64,000 bases of DNA from assembly GCA_041178425.1 (NCBI GenBank), contig JBEGVH010000030.1, positions 128,001-192,000 on the forward strand. Direction: 5' to 3'. A program made the translations under genes and the position numbers. Below are positions 33,502 through 41,954 of the stretch, one piece after another (position 1 is the first letter of the stretch; the number at the start of each line of letters is the position of its first letter). Source of the DNA: Pseudomonadota bacterium (GTDB lineage: Bacteria > Bdellovibrionota > Bdellovibrionia > Bdellovibrionales > Bdellovibrionaceae). The notes under the pieces are model-generated. The model saw only the letters and a list, made by a program, of their open reading frames with translations. It did not search any database and had not been told where the DNA came from.

Positions 33502-33577
33502 TGGAGCTGGTTATGGGACTCGAACCCGCAACCTGCTGATTACAAATCAGCTGCTCTACCAATTGAGCTAAACCAGC
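33502..33577 (-). tRNA. tRNA-Thr (TGT)
   Basis: Anticodon arm GCTGA-TT-TGT-AA-TCAGC, acceptor GCTGGTT/AACCAGC, encoded CCA end. Confidence 0.96.
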
Positions 33578-33650
33578 CCTGAGACAACAACTAACCGAAA
33601 ACGACTTTTAATTTGCCGCAACCGAATTAGAATGTCGACTTAGATTTCGT

Positions 33651-33679
33651 GTTCTATGGAGATTTTTATTAAGAGTCAA
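33651..33679 (-). promoter_or_regulatory. Putative sigma70 promoter of the tRNA-tuf operon
   Basis: TTGACT-17 nt-TAGAAC on the minus strand, with AT-rich sequence upstream. Confidence 0.5.
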
Positions 33680-33697
33680 AGGAATCTAATAAAAAAA

Positions 33698-34525
33698 TCA
33701 AACTTTTTCATTCCTAGCTTGGCTGAGGGTCTCATAGAGAGTGATCGCTGCCGCAACGGAAACATTGTAGCTTGCTGCATTATCCAGTTGAGGTATCGAC
33801 ACCAATTCGTCGCAGGAACGCTCAGTGGTCGTTCGCAACCCCTTGTCTTCAGCGCCAAGAACCCAAATGACTTTTTCGGGGAGCTTAAGCTCTGCAATGG
33901 TTTTGGTGCCACCAGCAGCCAAGCCAAATACCCAAAAACCCTTGTCTTTTAATACATTTATAGCATTTGAAAGGTTGGCAACCTCAAGAACAGGAACATG
34001 CTCCACCCCACCACAAGAAACTTTGTGCACCGTCGGCACTAAACCTACCGCGCGATCAGTGGGTAAAAGAATCGCCTCGACGCCCATCAACCAAGAGGTT
34101 CGGAGAATAGCCCCAAGATTATGGGGATCTTCCACGCCGTCTAAAGCAAGGACGATCGAACGCGTTTTACCACCCAACGACTCTAGTTCAACCCGTGGTC
34201 GCCCAGAAATTTCACAAACCACTCCTTGGTGGTGGCTTCCGATTTTATCCAGATTTTCAGGTGAACGCTCCTCAATGGTGACTCTGTATCGGCGCGCCTC
34301 ACTCATGAGATCCTGAAGATCCTTCGATGACTCCCATCCTTTTTTAACCAGTAGCCTGACAATGTCTTTTGGACGAACCTTAATGGCCTCCCTAACTGCA
34401 TGAATTCCCAGGGAAATTCTCAGACCTTGGCGCGCCGGAGAGGAACCTTCTCTCGTCGGCGAGGCCCCCCGATGACCACCGCGCTGGTTACGATTTGAGG
34501 AGTGTGAAGGACGCCGATTTCGCAT
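33698..34525 (-). CDS. rlmB: 23S rRNA Gm2251 2'-O-methyltransferase RlmB (SPOUT/TrmH family)
   Basis: GIHAVREA, HQGV, LDGVEDPHNLGAILRT, LGAEDKGL and SYNVSVAA motifs. Confidence 0.88.
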   Translation of the reverse strand: MRNRRPSHSSNRNQRGGHRGASPTREGSSPARQGLRISLGIHAVREAIKVRPKDIVRLLVKKGWESSKDLQDLMSEARRYRVTIEERSPENLDKIGSHHQGVVCEISGRPRVELESLGGKTRSIVLALDGVEDPHNLGAILRTSWLMGVEAILLPTDRAVGLVPTVHKVSCGGVEHVPVLEVANLSNAINVLKDKGFWVFGLAAGGTKTIAELKLPEKVIWVLGAEDKGLRTTTERSCDELVSIPQLDNAASYNVSVAAAITLYETLSQARNEKV

Positions 34526-34668
34526 GAAGATCTCCTTAGTTAGGCAGCTTTTATGTCATAAATCCTAGGCGACAACAAGAACGGCGTGACTGGCCTCTGA
34601 AGAATCTACATAATTGAACTGAATTTAAGTTCTAAAAATATTTCAAAGGACTAAAGGGGATCTGTGCG

Positions 34669-35277
34669 ATGAATAAAATCTATTTGCTGATTGGATGCTT
34701 TGTTTTTGCTGCCTGCGCCAGCTCCCCCAACAGAAATGAGAATTTTAATTTGTCTCAAGATCGGTATGAAGACCTTGTAGCCTTTTTCTCCGATCACAAT
34801 CAGCAGTACGACGGCCCATATAACATTCTCGATGTCACAGGCACACTTTTGAATTCCCATGTTATCGAAGCTCAAACGCTAAGGCAGGCCACCGTTTTTC
34901 AATGGGAACCCAGCAAATTTCAAACCGAATTAAGACAAAGACTTTCGGGAGCCCGAGGAAAGACGGAAGTTTTTGTCAGCTTTTTTACTCCCGATAGAAA
35001 GAGTTCCGACCTCACACGCGGAGAAACACTCTGGAAAACTATTTTAAAATTCGATGGAAAAGAAATCGCAGGCAAGCCTAAAAAGATAACTCTACTTCCC
35101 GTGGAGATCATGAGCCTTTATCCACAACATAGCCGGTGGAGCAATGCCTACATTATTACTTTCGAAACCCCAACTCCCGATCTGGAGAGGGTCCCAACAG
35201 AGCTCATTATCACTGGCCCTGCGGGTACAACTAATTTAAAGTTTCGACCGATAAAAGGCCCTCTCTATAAACAATAA
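34669..35277 (+). CDS. Hypothetical lipoprotein
   Basis: 202 aa; signal peptide with lipobox FAAC; RBS AAGGGGA. Confidence 0.75.
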   Translation: MNKIYLLIGCFVFAACASSPNRNENFNLSQDRYEDLVAFFSDHNQQYDGPYNILDVTGTLLNSHVIEAQTLRQATVFQWEPSKFQTELRQRLSGARGKTEVFVSFFTPDRKSSDLTRGETLWKTILKFDGKEIAGKPKKITLLPVEIMSLYPQHSRWSNAYIITFETPTPDLERVPTELIITGPAGTTNLKFRPIKGPLYKQ

Positions 35278-35293
35278 GTGTTTTGCAGCAATG

Positions 35294-36598
35294 CTAAACT
35301 TTTAGATGAGCAATCATTTTCAAGTAAATTCCCTCTGGGAATGACATGATGATAGGATGATCAGGAGAGTGCCCACCCATCACAACTGATGGCATCATCA
35401 TCGACTGGCGGACCTGCGCCTTTCGCAGGATATCCCTAAAGTTATCTAACTCCATGAGTCCCGAGCATGAGCACGAGACCACCAAACCCTTAGGTGATGT
35501 TATACGAAAGGCATGAGTATTCATCTTAAGATAAGCATGCGACCCCGTTGGCAAATCTTTTTTTGCCTTGATAAACGCAGGAGGGTCAGCAATGACAATA
35601 TCGAATCCACCATCAGCAAACTGATCTAAAGAATTTAAAACATCGGCCTGATGAACAACGACTTTATCTGCTGAACCACAAACACGCTTCACGTTCATCT
35701 CTGCCAATCGAAGCGCTTCTTTTGAGATGTCTAAAAGATGAACCTCAACATTGATATTTTGTGTTTTCAAAAACCGAACAAGCTGCGTAGACCAATGTCC
35801 GACATAACAACAAAGATCTAGAATTCGTATTTTTTTGTTCGCCATCGAGGGCAATGTTGATCTTTTAAGGTATTCAAGAATGTCAAAAATATTGCCCCTT
35901 TGATCAAGAAAGAAGCCCGTCTTTTGCCCCCCTTCAAGATCAACGGTCATCCAAACCGGGTCGGACTGCTCAGGAGAATCAATTGCGATTTCAATCTCTT
36001 TCAAACCCACCGGCATCTTATTTACTAAAACAACTGGCTCCTCAACCTGTAGCCCCTCCAGCTTGCGGATATTAACATCATTTCGAATAACAATGGCCAG
36101 TTGATGGCCGTCAAAAGAAGTAAGCCCCTCCTGCCTTGCCCTTTCTAGGAGTAAGGAGAAAACCGACTCCGCAATGGAGTGTAGGTTCTTTTGCATTCCT
36201 GCCGTCAACAATTGGACCGCAAAAACGACTCCCGTCTTTGTGATATAGCGATCAACAATCAATCCGGGCATACCATCCGCTTCACCATAACAAAGTCTAA
36301 AACTTTGCTGCAGCCCCGATAGAGATCTCACCTTCCAAGCCCTCATGAGCCTATTAACAAAAAAATCAGGTGATAAAATTTCTTTCTCCCCCTCACTCCA
36401 ACTGACGGCCCTAAACGCAATAAGAGAATGAGGGTTACCATATCCTCTTGCGAGAAAATGACCCTTTTGATCGACCATTTCTACGAGTTCACCAGGAATC
36501 AGCCCCTTTGGGCTCGACATTAATTCATTAGAAAACACCCACGGATGCCCTGAACGTAAACGACGATCATCGCCTTTTTTAAGAACCCATCTAATCAT
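35294..36598 (-). CDS. Class I SAM-dependent rRNA methyltransferase (RlmI/YccW family)
   Basis: PUA-like GHPWVFSNE, EADGMPGLIVDRY, GQKTGFFLDQR, DPPAF and SCSCS motifs. Confidence 0.92.
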   Translation of the reverse strand: MIRWVLKKGDDRRLRSGHPWVFSNELMSSPKGLIPGELVEMVDQKGHFLARGYGNPHSLIAFRAVSWSEGEKEILSPDFFVNRLMRAWKVRSLSGLQQSFRLCYGEADGMPGLIVDRYITKTGVVFAVQLLTAGMQKNLHSIAESVFSLLLERARQEGLTSFDGHQLAIVIRNDVNIRKLEGLQVEEPVVLVNKMPVGLKEIEIAIDSPEQSDPVWMTVDLEGGQKTGFFLDQRGNIFDILEYLKRSTLPSMANKKIRILDLCCYVGHWSTQLVRFLKTQNINVEVHLLDISKEALRLAEMNVKRVCGSADKVVVHQADVLNSLDQFADGGFDIVIADPPAFIKAKKDLPTGSHAYLKMNTHAFRITSPKGLVVSCSCSGLMELDNFRDILRKAQVRQSMMMPSVVMGGHSPDHPIIMSFPEGIYLKMIAHLKV

Positions 36599-36626
36599 AT
36601 GAAAATACCAACCATTTTTTTGAGAA

Positions 36627-37748
36627 TTATTGAACCCACTTTAAAGCCAACCACAGCGTACGCTGAGCAGAGATAAAATTATCGTCGCTAACGACAAGTA
36701 GTGTTTTTTGACCTTTTACTTCAGGTCCCCAGGCAAGTCCTTCAAAATTATCTAAACCTTTACCGTCTGCCATCTTCTCTTTGATGGTATCAAAGTTGAA
36801 GAGTAGCGCTTTAGAGAGGGTCTTTTGAGGCTTAGAAGCCGCAGAAACCCGAACCGAAGTTTGGTAGAGCTTGATATCATAATTCACTTGAAGGCCATTA
36901 GTATGGGCCGCTCTTTCCATAACAATAAGTTCGGTGTCACTGATGGCCAGAATCTCAGAACAACCCTGCCCTAAAACGACAGATCCGCCACTCGGCACAG
37001 ATACAGCATCAATCGGGTACATCCACTCGCCATCTAATTGCCACCCCTCCTTGCTCTTCTTAAATCGAAGGAGCCTGGTTTCGCCAGCATCGCCCTGTTG
37101 CCACTTTTTGTGATCTTGAAGAAGGGGTTGCTCGGCGAGAGCCCAAAGGTATTGCCCACTCGGAGAAAGACTCAATCCTTCGAAGGAGCCATTTGATCGG
37201 ACGCCCGTCTTTTGCTTTCCTGTTTTTTCTGGATTAAAGAGTTCGGGAAGTTTAATTTGCCCGATTTGAATGCCGTTTGCACTGAATGCAATCAAGCTCG
37301 GCATGGTTCGAGGTTTATGATCGAGCAAACCTTCGTTTGAAATTATAAATGAATCTTGTTGGGCAACTATTCCTTCTAAGTCTAGGGTCTTTTTTAAAAA
37401 GGGATTCCCTTTTTCATCTTTCAGAAATAAAGTCTTTATGGGAATTATTGAAAGCTCTTTTTCATTCAGTTGAACGTTAAATCCAACAACCCTAAGTTCT
37501 CCGTAAGTTCCCTTGTCATCACTGACGGCCCAATACAACCCGTCTTTAAAAGCCAATCCCGAAAGCCCACCGATACGGGAGTTGAAGAAGGGTGTTGCCG
37601 TATTGAGAACATAGGAATGCAAATATTCAATTGTTGCAGCCTCTCCATGCAGCCGGAAAGACAAAAGGGCACTAATAAAAAAAAGAAAACGAAGCAGTGG
37701 AACCACCGCTTGTGATGATTTTTGTTTTGAATCATTTAAAATATTCAT
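36627..37748 (-). CDS. Secreted esterase-like activity of phytase family protein
   Basis: Signal peptide; GGLSG, AVSDD, DLEGI, SNEG, NGSFEGL, DNFEGL and VSDDNF motifs. Confidence 0.85.
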   Translation of the reverse strand: MNILNDSKQKSSQAVVPLLRFLFFISALLSFRLHGEAATIEYLHSYVLNTATPFFNSRIGGLSGLAFKDGLYWAVSDDKGTYGELRVVGFNVQLNEKELSIIPIKTLFLKDEKGNPFLKKTLDLEGIVAQQDSFIISNEGLLDHKPRTMPSLIAFSANGIQIGQIKLPELFNPEKTGKQKTGVRSNGSFEGLSLSPSGQYLWALAEQPLLQDHKKWQQGDAGETRLLRFKKSKEGWQLDGEWMYPIDAVSVPSGGSVVLGQGCSEILAISDTELIVMERAAHTNGLQVNYDIKLYQTSVRVSAASKPQKTLSKALLFNFDTIKEKMADGKGLDNFEGLAWGPEVKGQKTLLVVSDDNFISAQRTLWLALKWVQ

Positions 37749-38609
37749 CTATTTTAAATGATCCGCTCTCAATTGTGCTAAGGTCAAGGTGTTCTCAAGA
37801 AGGCAGGCAATCGTCATTGGTCCAACCCCACCTGGCACTGGTGTGACAGCAGACACCCAACCTTCAAGCTCTTGAAAACGAACGTCTCCCGTGACACCCT
37901 TACCCTGTCCGGAACCGTGAATACCTACGTCAACAACAACGGCTCCTTGTTTAAAATCTTCTCGTCCTAAAAGGTGGCGCTGCCCGGCTGCCACAATAAC
38001 GATGTCTGCATGGCGCGTGATCTCGCTCATATTTGCCGTTCGACTATGACATACGGTGACTGTTCCATCGGCCATGGTTAAGAGATGAGCCATCGGCCGG
38101 CCGACTATTTGACTACGCCCTACCACCACGCAGTTTTTACCCTTAATTGGAATCTTATAATGTTCGAGGATTTTCATAACTCCCCATGGGGTGCACGGAG
38201 CAACTCGTTTTCGGTTGGCCCAAAGGTACCCAAGATTCACAGGATGCAGTCCGTCGGCATCCTTCATCGGGTCAATCGCATCAAGAGCTTTATCTGAGGA
38301 TAAATGTTTTGGAAGTGGCATCTGCACCAGAAAGGCATCGACCAGTTGATTTTTATTCATCGCCTCAATACCCTTTAAAAGCTCAGCCTCCGTTGCATTC
38401 TCGGGCAAGTCCATTTTTTCGGAGTAAAAATTAACGGTAGCGCAGGCTAATTCTTTGTTTCGCACATAAACATGACTTGCGGGATCATCTCCAACAATGA
38501 TGACCCCCAATCCCGGCCGACGGCCTACTTTTTTTTCAAACTCCAGGGCTGCACTAGCCACTTGAGATTTTACCGCTTGTGCAACCTGTTTTCCGTCTAA
38601 AATTAACAT
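37749..38609 (-). CDS. folD: Bifunctional methylenetetrahydrofolate dehydrogenase/cyclohydrolase
   Basis: YVRNK, VQMPLP, KDADGLHP, PCTP, GRSQIVGRP and TPVPGGVGPMT motifs. Confidence 0.98.
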   Translation of the reverse strand: MLILDGKQVAQAVKSQVASAALEFEKKVGRRPGLGVIIVGDDPASHVYVRNKELACATVNFYSEKMDLPENATEAELLKGIEAMNKNQLVDAFLVQMPLPKHLSSDKALDAIDPMKDADGLHPVNLGYLWANRKRVAPCTPWGVMKILEHYKIPIKGKNCVVVGRSQIVGRPMAHLLTMADGTVTVCHSRTANMSEITRHADIVIVAAGQRHLLGREDFKQGAVVVDVGIHGSGQGKGVTGDVRFQELEGWVSAVTPVPGGVGPMTIACLLENTLTLAQLRADHLK

Positions 38610-38742
38610 CCTAGCTCCCTCGTCTGATGGATGCAGGATTGATACTGGGGAACCTTAATCATTGCAAATAAACATCCGAGTTGACCCGCTTGATCTATTG
38701 CATTAATTGTGAGGGATAGAAATTCAGCATTTTGGAGGTCCT

Positions 38743-39021
38743 ATGGCGGATAAAGTAAAGCTCTCGAAGGATGGTAGTTCGATCGATTTCGTACAATCTG
38801 AGAGTGTTCCAACCTCCATTAAAAAGTTCCGCCAAAGTCCGGAGATCGAAGGTTTTTACCGTTTCATCTATGAAAATGACCTGCAAAAAGAAGCGTTTGA
38901 TATCTTGGATCGTATTGTCACCGGTCGCAAACAAAAGAAACTTAAAGACACCAAGGCGGCCATCGCTGAAACTAAGGTCAAAGACGACAAGTCGGTAAAG
39001 GTCCGTCCAAAATCCAAATAA
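38743..39021 (+). CDS. Small hypothetical protein with a Lys-rich C-terminus
   Basis: 92 aa ORF with a GGAGG RBS, divergent from folD. Confidence 0.75.
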   Translation: MADKVKLSKDGSSIDFVQSESVPTSIKKFRQSPEIEGFYRFIYENDLQKEAFDILDRIVTGRKQKKLKDTKAAIAETKVKDDKSVKVRPKSK

Positions 39022-39079
39022 CGGAAACCTCGGACACCAAATCCTTGCTCAATCGTTTTGAGCTGGTATCGAAATTTGC

Positions 39080-39115
39080 AAAATCCCCCTGCACAACCAA
39101 CAGGGGGATTTTTTT
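39080..39115 (+). terminator. Terminator-like hairpin overlapping the flp ribosome-binding site
   Basis: AAAATCCCCCTG-9 nt-CAGGGGGATTTT perfect 12-bp stem, followed by TTT and then the flp ATG. Confidence 0.65.
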
Positions 39116-39367
39116 ATGCAAACGATTTCCAACCAAAAAGGCCAATCACTGATTGAGTACCTTATCATTGTAGCTCTTGTGGCCATTGCCACCATTGGCA
39201 TGGTAAAAGTCGTAGGAACCAATATTAATGTTCACTTTGCCAATATCGCCAAAGCACTCGGTGGCGACCACAATGAACTCAAACCCATAAAAATTCAGTC
39301 CAACCAAGTAGAAACGCGCGACTTAGGAGACTATATGCGAGGAGCAAGTGGTGGCCCTCGCAAATGA
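39116..39367 (+). CDS. flp: Flp family type IVb/Tad major pilin
   Basis: QKG^QSLIEY class III signal with E+5 and Y+6 (Flp motif), then a hydrophobic helix; 83 aa. Confidence 0.9.
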   Translation: MQTISNQKGQSLIEYLIIVALVAIATIGMVKVVGTNINVHFANIAKALGGDHNELKPIKIQSNQVETRDLGDYMRGASGGPRK

Positions 39368-39735
39368 TAAATCCGCAGAGGAACTCCAGGGGGCAAAGTC
39401 TGATAGAAACGATTGTTGTGCTCCCGGTGCTAATGACTTTGTTCTCGGTCTTTTTATTATTTATTTACGAACAGATCATTACTCAAATGACGGAGCAAAT
39501 CCTGCACGAAGCAATTATTTGCGACGCCACCCTCGGAGAGGGAGGCTGCCTCATTCAAGCCACGTCAAAAGCTAATGCCTCTAATTTTTTAGCCACTGTT
39601 TTGGTTGTAAAAAATAGAAACGCGTATGTTGCCACTATCTTTATAAGGGGAACCTGGAAATGGAAAACCATTATGATCGAAAATACAAAAGTAATTCAAA
39701 AGCCAAACACGAGGGTTTTATCTTGGTTTGGCTGA
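39364..39735 (+). CDS. TadE-like pseudopilin
   Basis: SRG^QSLIETIVVLPVL pilin-like N-terminus; Cys pair; ATGA overlap with flp. Confidence 0.8.
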   Translation: MINPQRNSRGQSLIETIVVLPVLMTLFSVFLLFIYEQIITQMTEQILHEAIICDATLGEGGCLIQATSKANASNFLATVLVVKNRNAYVATIFIRGTWKWKTIMIENTKVIQKPNTRVLSWFG

Positions 39736-40430
39736 TAGGCTTTTTACCGCTCTTTTTTACTGCATTCACGTTGCTGTACACGACGACCACACAAATTGAA
39801 TTAAAAAGTGTTTTGCACCAAACATGTCGCACCGAACTTTTGAAGATTCAAGAAACGGCCGCGCATCATATTCAATCTCTAATGGCTGTGAATAAGCTTG
39901 TGGATATTGCGAACTGGGCTCAATTTTTAACCGCCCTTTCAACGATAATTCTGATCCCCTTTCCATTTCTTGCACCTATCGTAGAAACCATCTTTCTAAA
40001 AACAAAATCGGTGAGAGAAGCTATTCCTCTTATACAAAAAGCGATTATTACGAACTTGCGGGTCACACTAACAAACGGCCTATGGCAGACCCAGAGGAAG
40101 CTACAGTTGATCATTAAAAATTACAAAAATAAAACGTCGGCACTTTGGCTGATCGAGCGAGCTCAGGTGATTGGAATTCCGCCGCTGAGCCTAGCGATCG
40201 AGGCCGAATCACCTCGTTCTGGGCTCAGTAAATACCGCTTGAAAAAAAATTTCTCTCATCTTCAGAGCCTTACCTTAAGTTGGAACTATTCAACCGCTCG
40301 CCACTCGCTCTTTCACACATTGGCTGGCTGGAACCAGAGTTTTTCAGGGCAATGTTCTGCAACTCTTGAACAGGAGGAACCATGGAATGCCGTTCTTTAC
40401 GCGGACAAGTTCTCATTGAAACCCTTGTAA
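39660..40430 (+). CDS. Pilin-like/TadG-like membrane protein
   Basis: Basic leader, then G^FILVWLIGFLPLFF hydrophobic segment lacking E+5; a second hydrophobic segment; two Cys; lies in the pilin cluster. Confidence 0.55.
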   Translation: MENHYDRKYKSNSKAKHEGFILVWLIGFLPLFFTAFTLLYTTTTQIELKSVLHQTCRTELLKIQETAAHHIQSLMAVNKLVDIANWAQFLTALSTIILIPFPFLAPIVETIFLKTKSVREAIPLIQKAIITNLRVTLTNGLWQTQRKLQLIIKNYKNKTSALWLIERAQVIGIPPLSLAIEAESPRSGLSKYRLKKNFSHLQSLTLSWNYSTARHSLFHTLAGWNQSFSGQCSATLEQEEPWNAVLYADKFSLKPL

Positions 40431-40606
40431 CAATAATACTGTTTTTATCATTAACCGGATTTTTATGGACGCAACTGAATAGCCATCAAAAGAGAGTTCG
40501 AAAAAACTACCCTCACCACCTGGTTAAAAATGGAAATAAACAAAATGATCAAAAAAATAAAAGAAACAATTCTTCATCCACAAAAACCTTACTGGGTGCT
40601 GATTAG
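40382..40606 (+). CDS. Small pseudopilin-like protein
   Basis: LRG^QVLIETLVTIILFLSL class III signal; strong AGGAGG RBS. Confidence 0.72.
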   Translation: MECRSLRGQVLIETLVTIILFLSLTGFLWTQLNSHQKRVRKNYPHHLVKNGNKQNDQKNKRNNSSSTKTLLGAD

Positions 40607-41054
40607 CCTGTTTTTTATGGGGCTTGCGCTAATGGTGGCTCAAGAAAAAAGTCTGCCGAAACCCAAAGGAGGTAGTGCATCTATTACAAGCGTAGACACC
40701 TACATTCCCTCGGGCCATGTTTTGGTCACGCTTCAATTAATCAATAGTGAATCGATCGATGGGTTGATCGGTGACTACGGTTTAGTTGATCTCTACGAGG
40801 CCGTTGCGACATCGTCTGAGGAATCTAAAAAACGCGCTAAACCTCTGGCGCGTCGACTCAAAATTATTAGAGCACCAAATAATCCTGCGCTTTTTGGTGT
40901 TTTAATCAAGGAAACCGAAACTCAAATCATTCAAAAACTTTCAGCACCAGTCTTCGCCGTCATACAAGACCCCGCTTCGGAGGATCTAATGCCTAGAACG
41001 CCGCCGAAAAAGGAGGGAAACACGCGCCTAATTCACTACGGAGAAGCTTTATGA
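40530..41054 (+). CDS. CpaB/RcpC-like Tad accessory protein (divergent)
   Basis: One N-terminal TM segment, then YIPSGHVLVTL...IDGLIGDYGLVDLY, resembling the RcpC IPxG...GxIxxGxxVD pattern; tad context. Confidence 0.55.
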   Translation: MEINKMIKKIKETILHPQKPYWVLISLFFMGLALMVAQEKSLPKPKGGSASITSVDTYIPSGHVLVTLQLINSESIDGLIGDYGLVDLYEAVATSSEESKKRAKPLARRLKIIRAPNNPALFGVLIKETETQIIQKLSAPVFAVIQDPASEDLMPRTPPKKEGNTRLIHYGEAL

Positions 41055-41938
41055 TTTTTCAGTTAATTTTGATTTTATGTATTTTTAACGTCACGCTGTT
41101 GGCGGCAGCCCAAACAGCTGTGGTTATGAGCTCAGAGAATACGCCCCCCGAAGAGATACAGACGCTTCTCGACACCAACAAAAATTATGTATCATTGATT
41201 GATTACTTAAAGGTAACAACTGGAGTTCCAAATTCAGATGTCATCGACCAAGCACACGATCTCGTAAGCGATAAAGGGGAAAACCATCTTTCGAACCCCC
41301 ATCGAGCTCATGTACTGATTCAGTCTTTAACTTCTGGTTATCTCAGTCCGATAAAAAAATCTCTCCTTCAAAAAATTTTACAAAAAACAAATTCGAAAGT
41401 CGTATTCCGAGGAGATTTCTCATCGCCAATAACCGCCGAGGGTATATCTGAACGCATCCACGCAAATAAAGTAATTCAAAAACGTAGCGACGATGAAATC
41501 TTTATTAATGGTGTTCAACTAAGCCACAGTGAACTCGCCAAAGTTACCTTTGCCTCCGAATATTTTTATCACATCGCCTATCTTTCAAATACTTATGAAC
41601 CCGTTTTTCTCTGGGCACGAGGCGACCAGATCCCTGAGATAAAACTGGCCCCGCTCATTGAAGGGTCTTGTGAGAATTTCCGATACTCCAAGCCGGTTAG
41701 TCTTGAGATAAACGAGCTCGGGCTATTTCCAAAGGGATGCCTCAAGCTCATCACAAAAGCACCAATGGGCAATATTGAAGGGAACAAAATGTATTTTAAC
41801 CGCATTGAGGCCCCGGAGCTAAAGCGTGAATTAACCCTCCCCCATCGGACTTGGATATTTGGTGGACTGGCTCTCTTAATGATAGCAACTCATGAATTGA
41901 GAAAAGAATATGACATTCAATTGAGGTGGAATTTTTAG
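41051..41938 (+). CDS. Hypothetical exported protein with a possible C-terminal anchor
   Basis: Signal peptide, Cys pair, C-terminal hydrophobic stretch; ATGA-coupled to the previous gene. Confidence 0.65.
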   Translation: MIFQLILILCIFNVTLLAAAQTAVVMSSENTPPEEIQTLLDTNKNYVSLIDYLKVTTGVPNSDVIDQAHDLVSDKGENHLSNPHRAHVLIQSLTSGYLSPIKKSLLQKILQKTNSKVVFRGDFSSPITAEGISERIHANKVIQKRSDDEIFINGVQLSHSELAKVTFASEYFYHIAYLSNTYEPVFLWARGDQIPEIKLAPLIEGSCENFRYSKPVSLEINELGLFPKGCLKLITKAPMGNIEGNKMYFNRIEAPELKRELTLPHRTWIFGGLALLMIATHELRKEYDIQLRWNF

Positions 41939-41954
41939 CAAGTCAGAGAATCTA

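Noticed and set aside
33143..33571. Plus-strand ORFs 33143-33331 and 33344-33571
   Set aside because: They are antisense to the tRNA genes.
39064..39080. Canonical sigma54 promoter for flp
   Set aside because: Spacing is GG-N11-GC, and sigma54 requires N10. Not listed as a feature and kept only as a caveated idea in the hairpin finding.
39348..39575. 75-aa plus-strand ORF overlapping flp and the TadE-like gene
   Set aside because: It is an alternative frame; the 39364 frame has the pilin signature.
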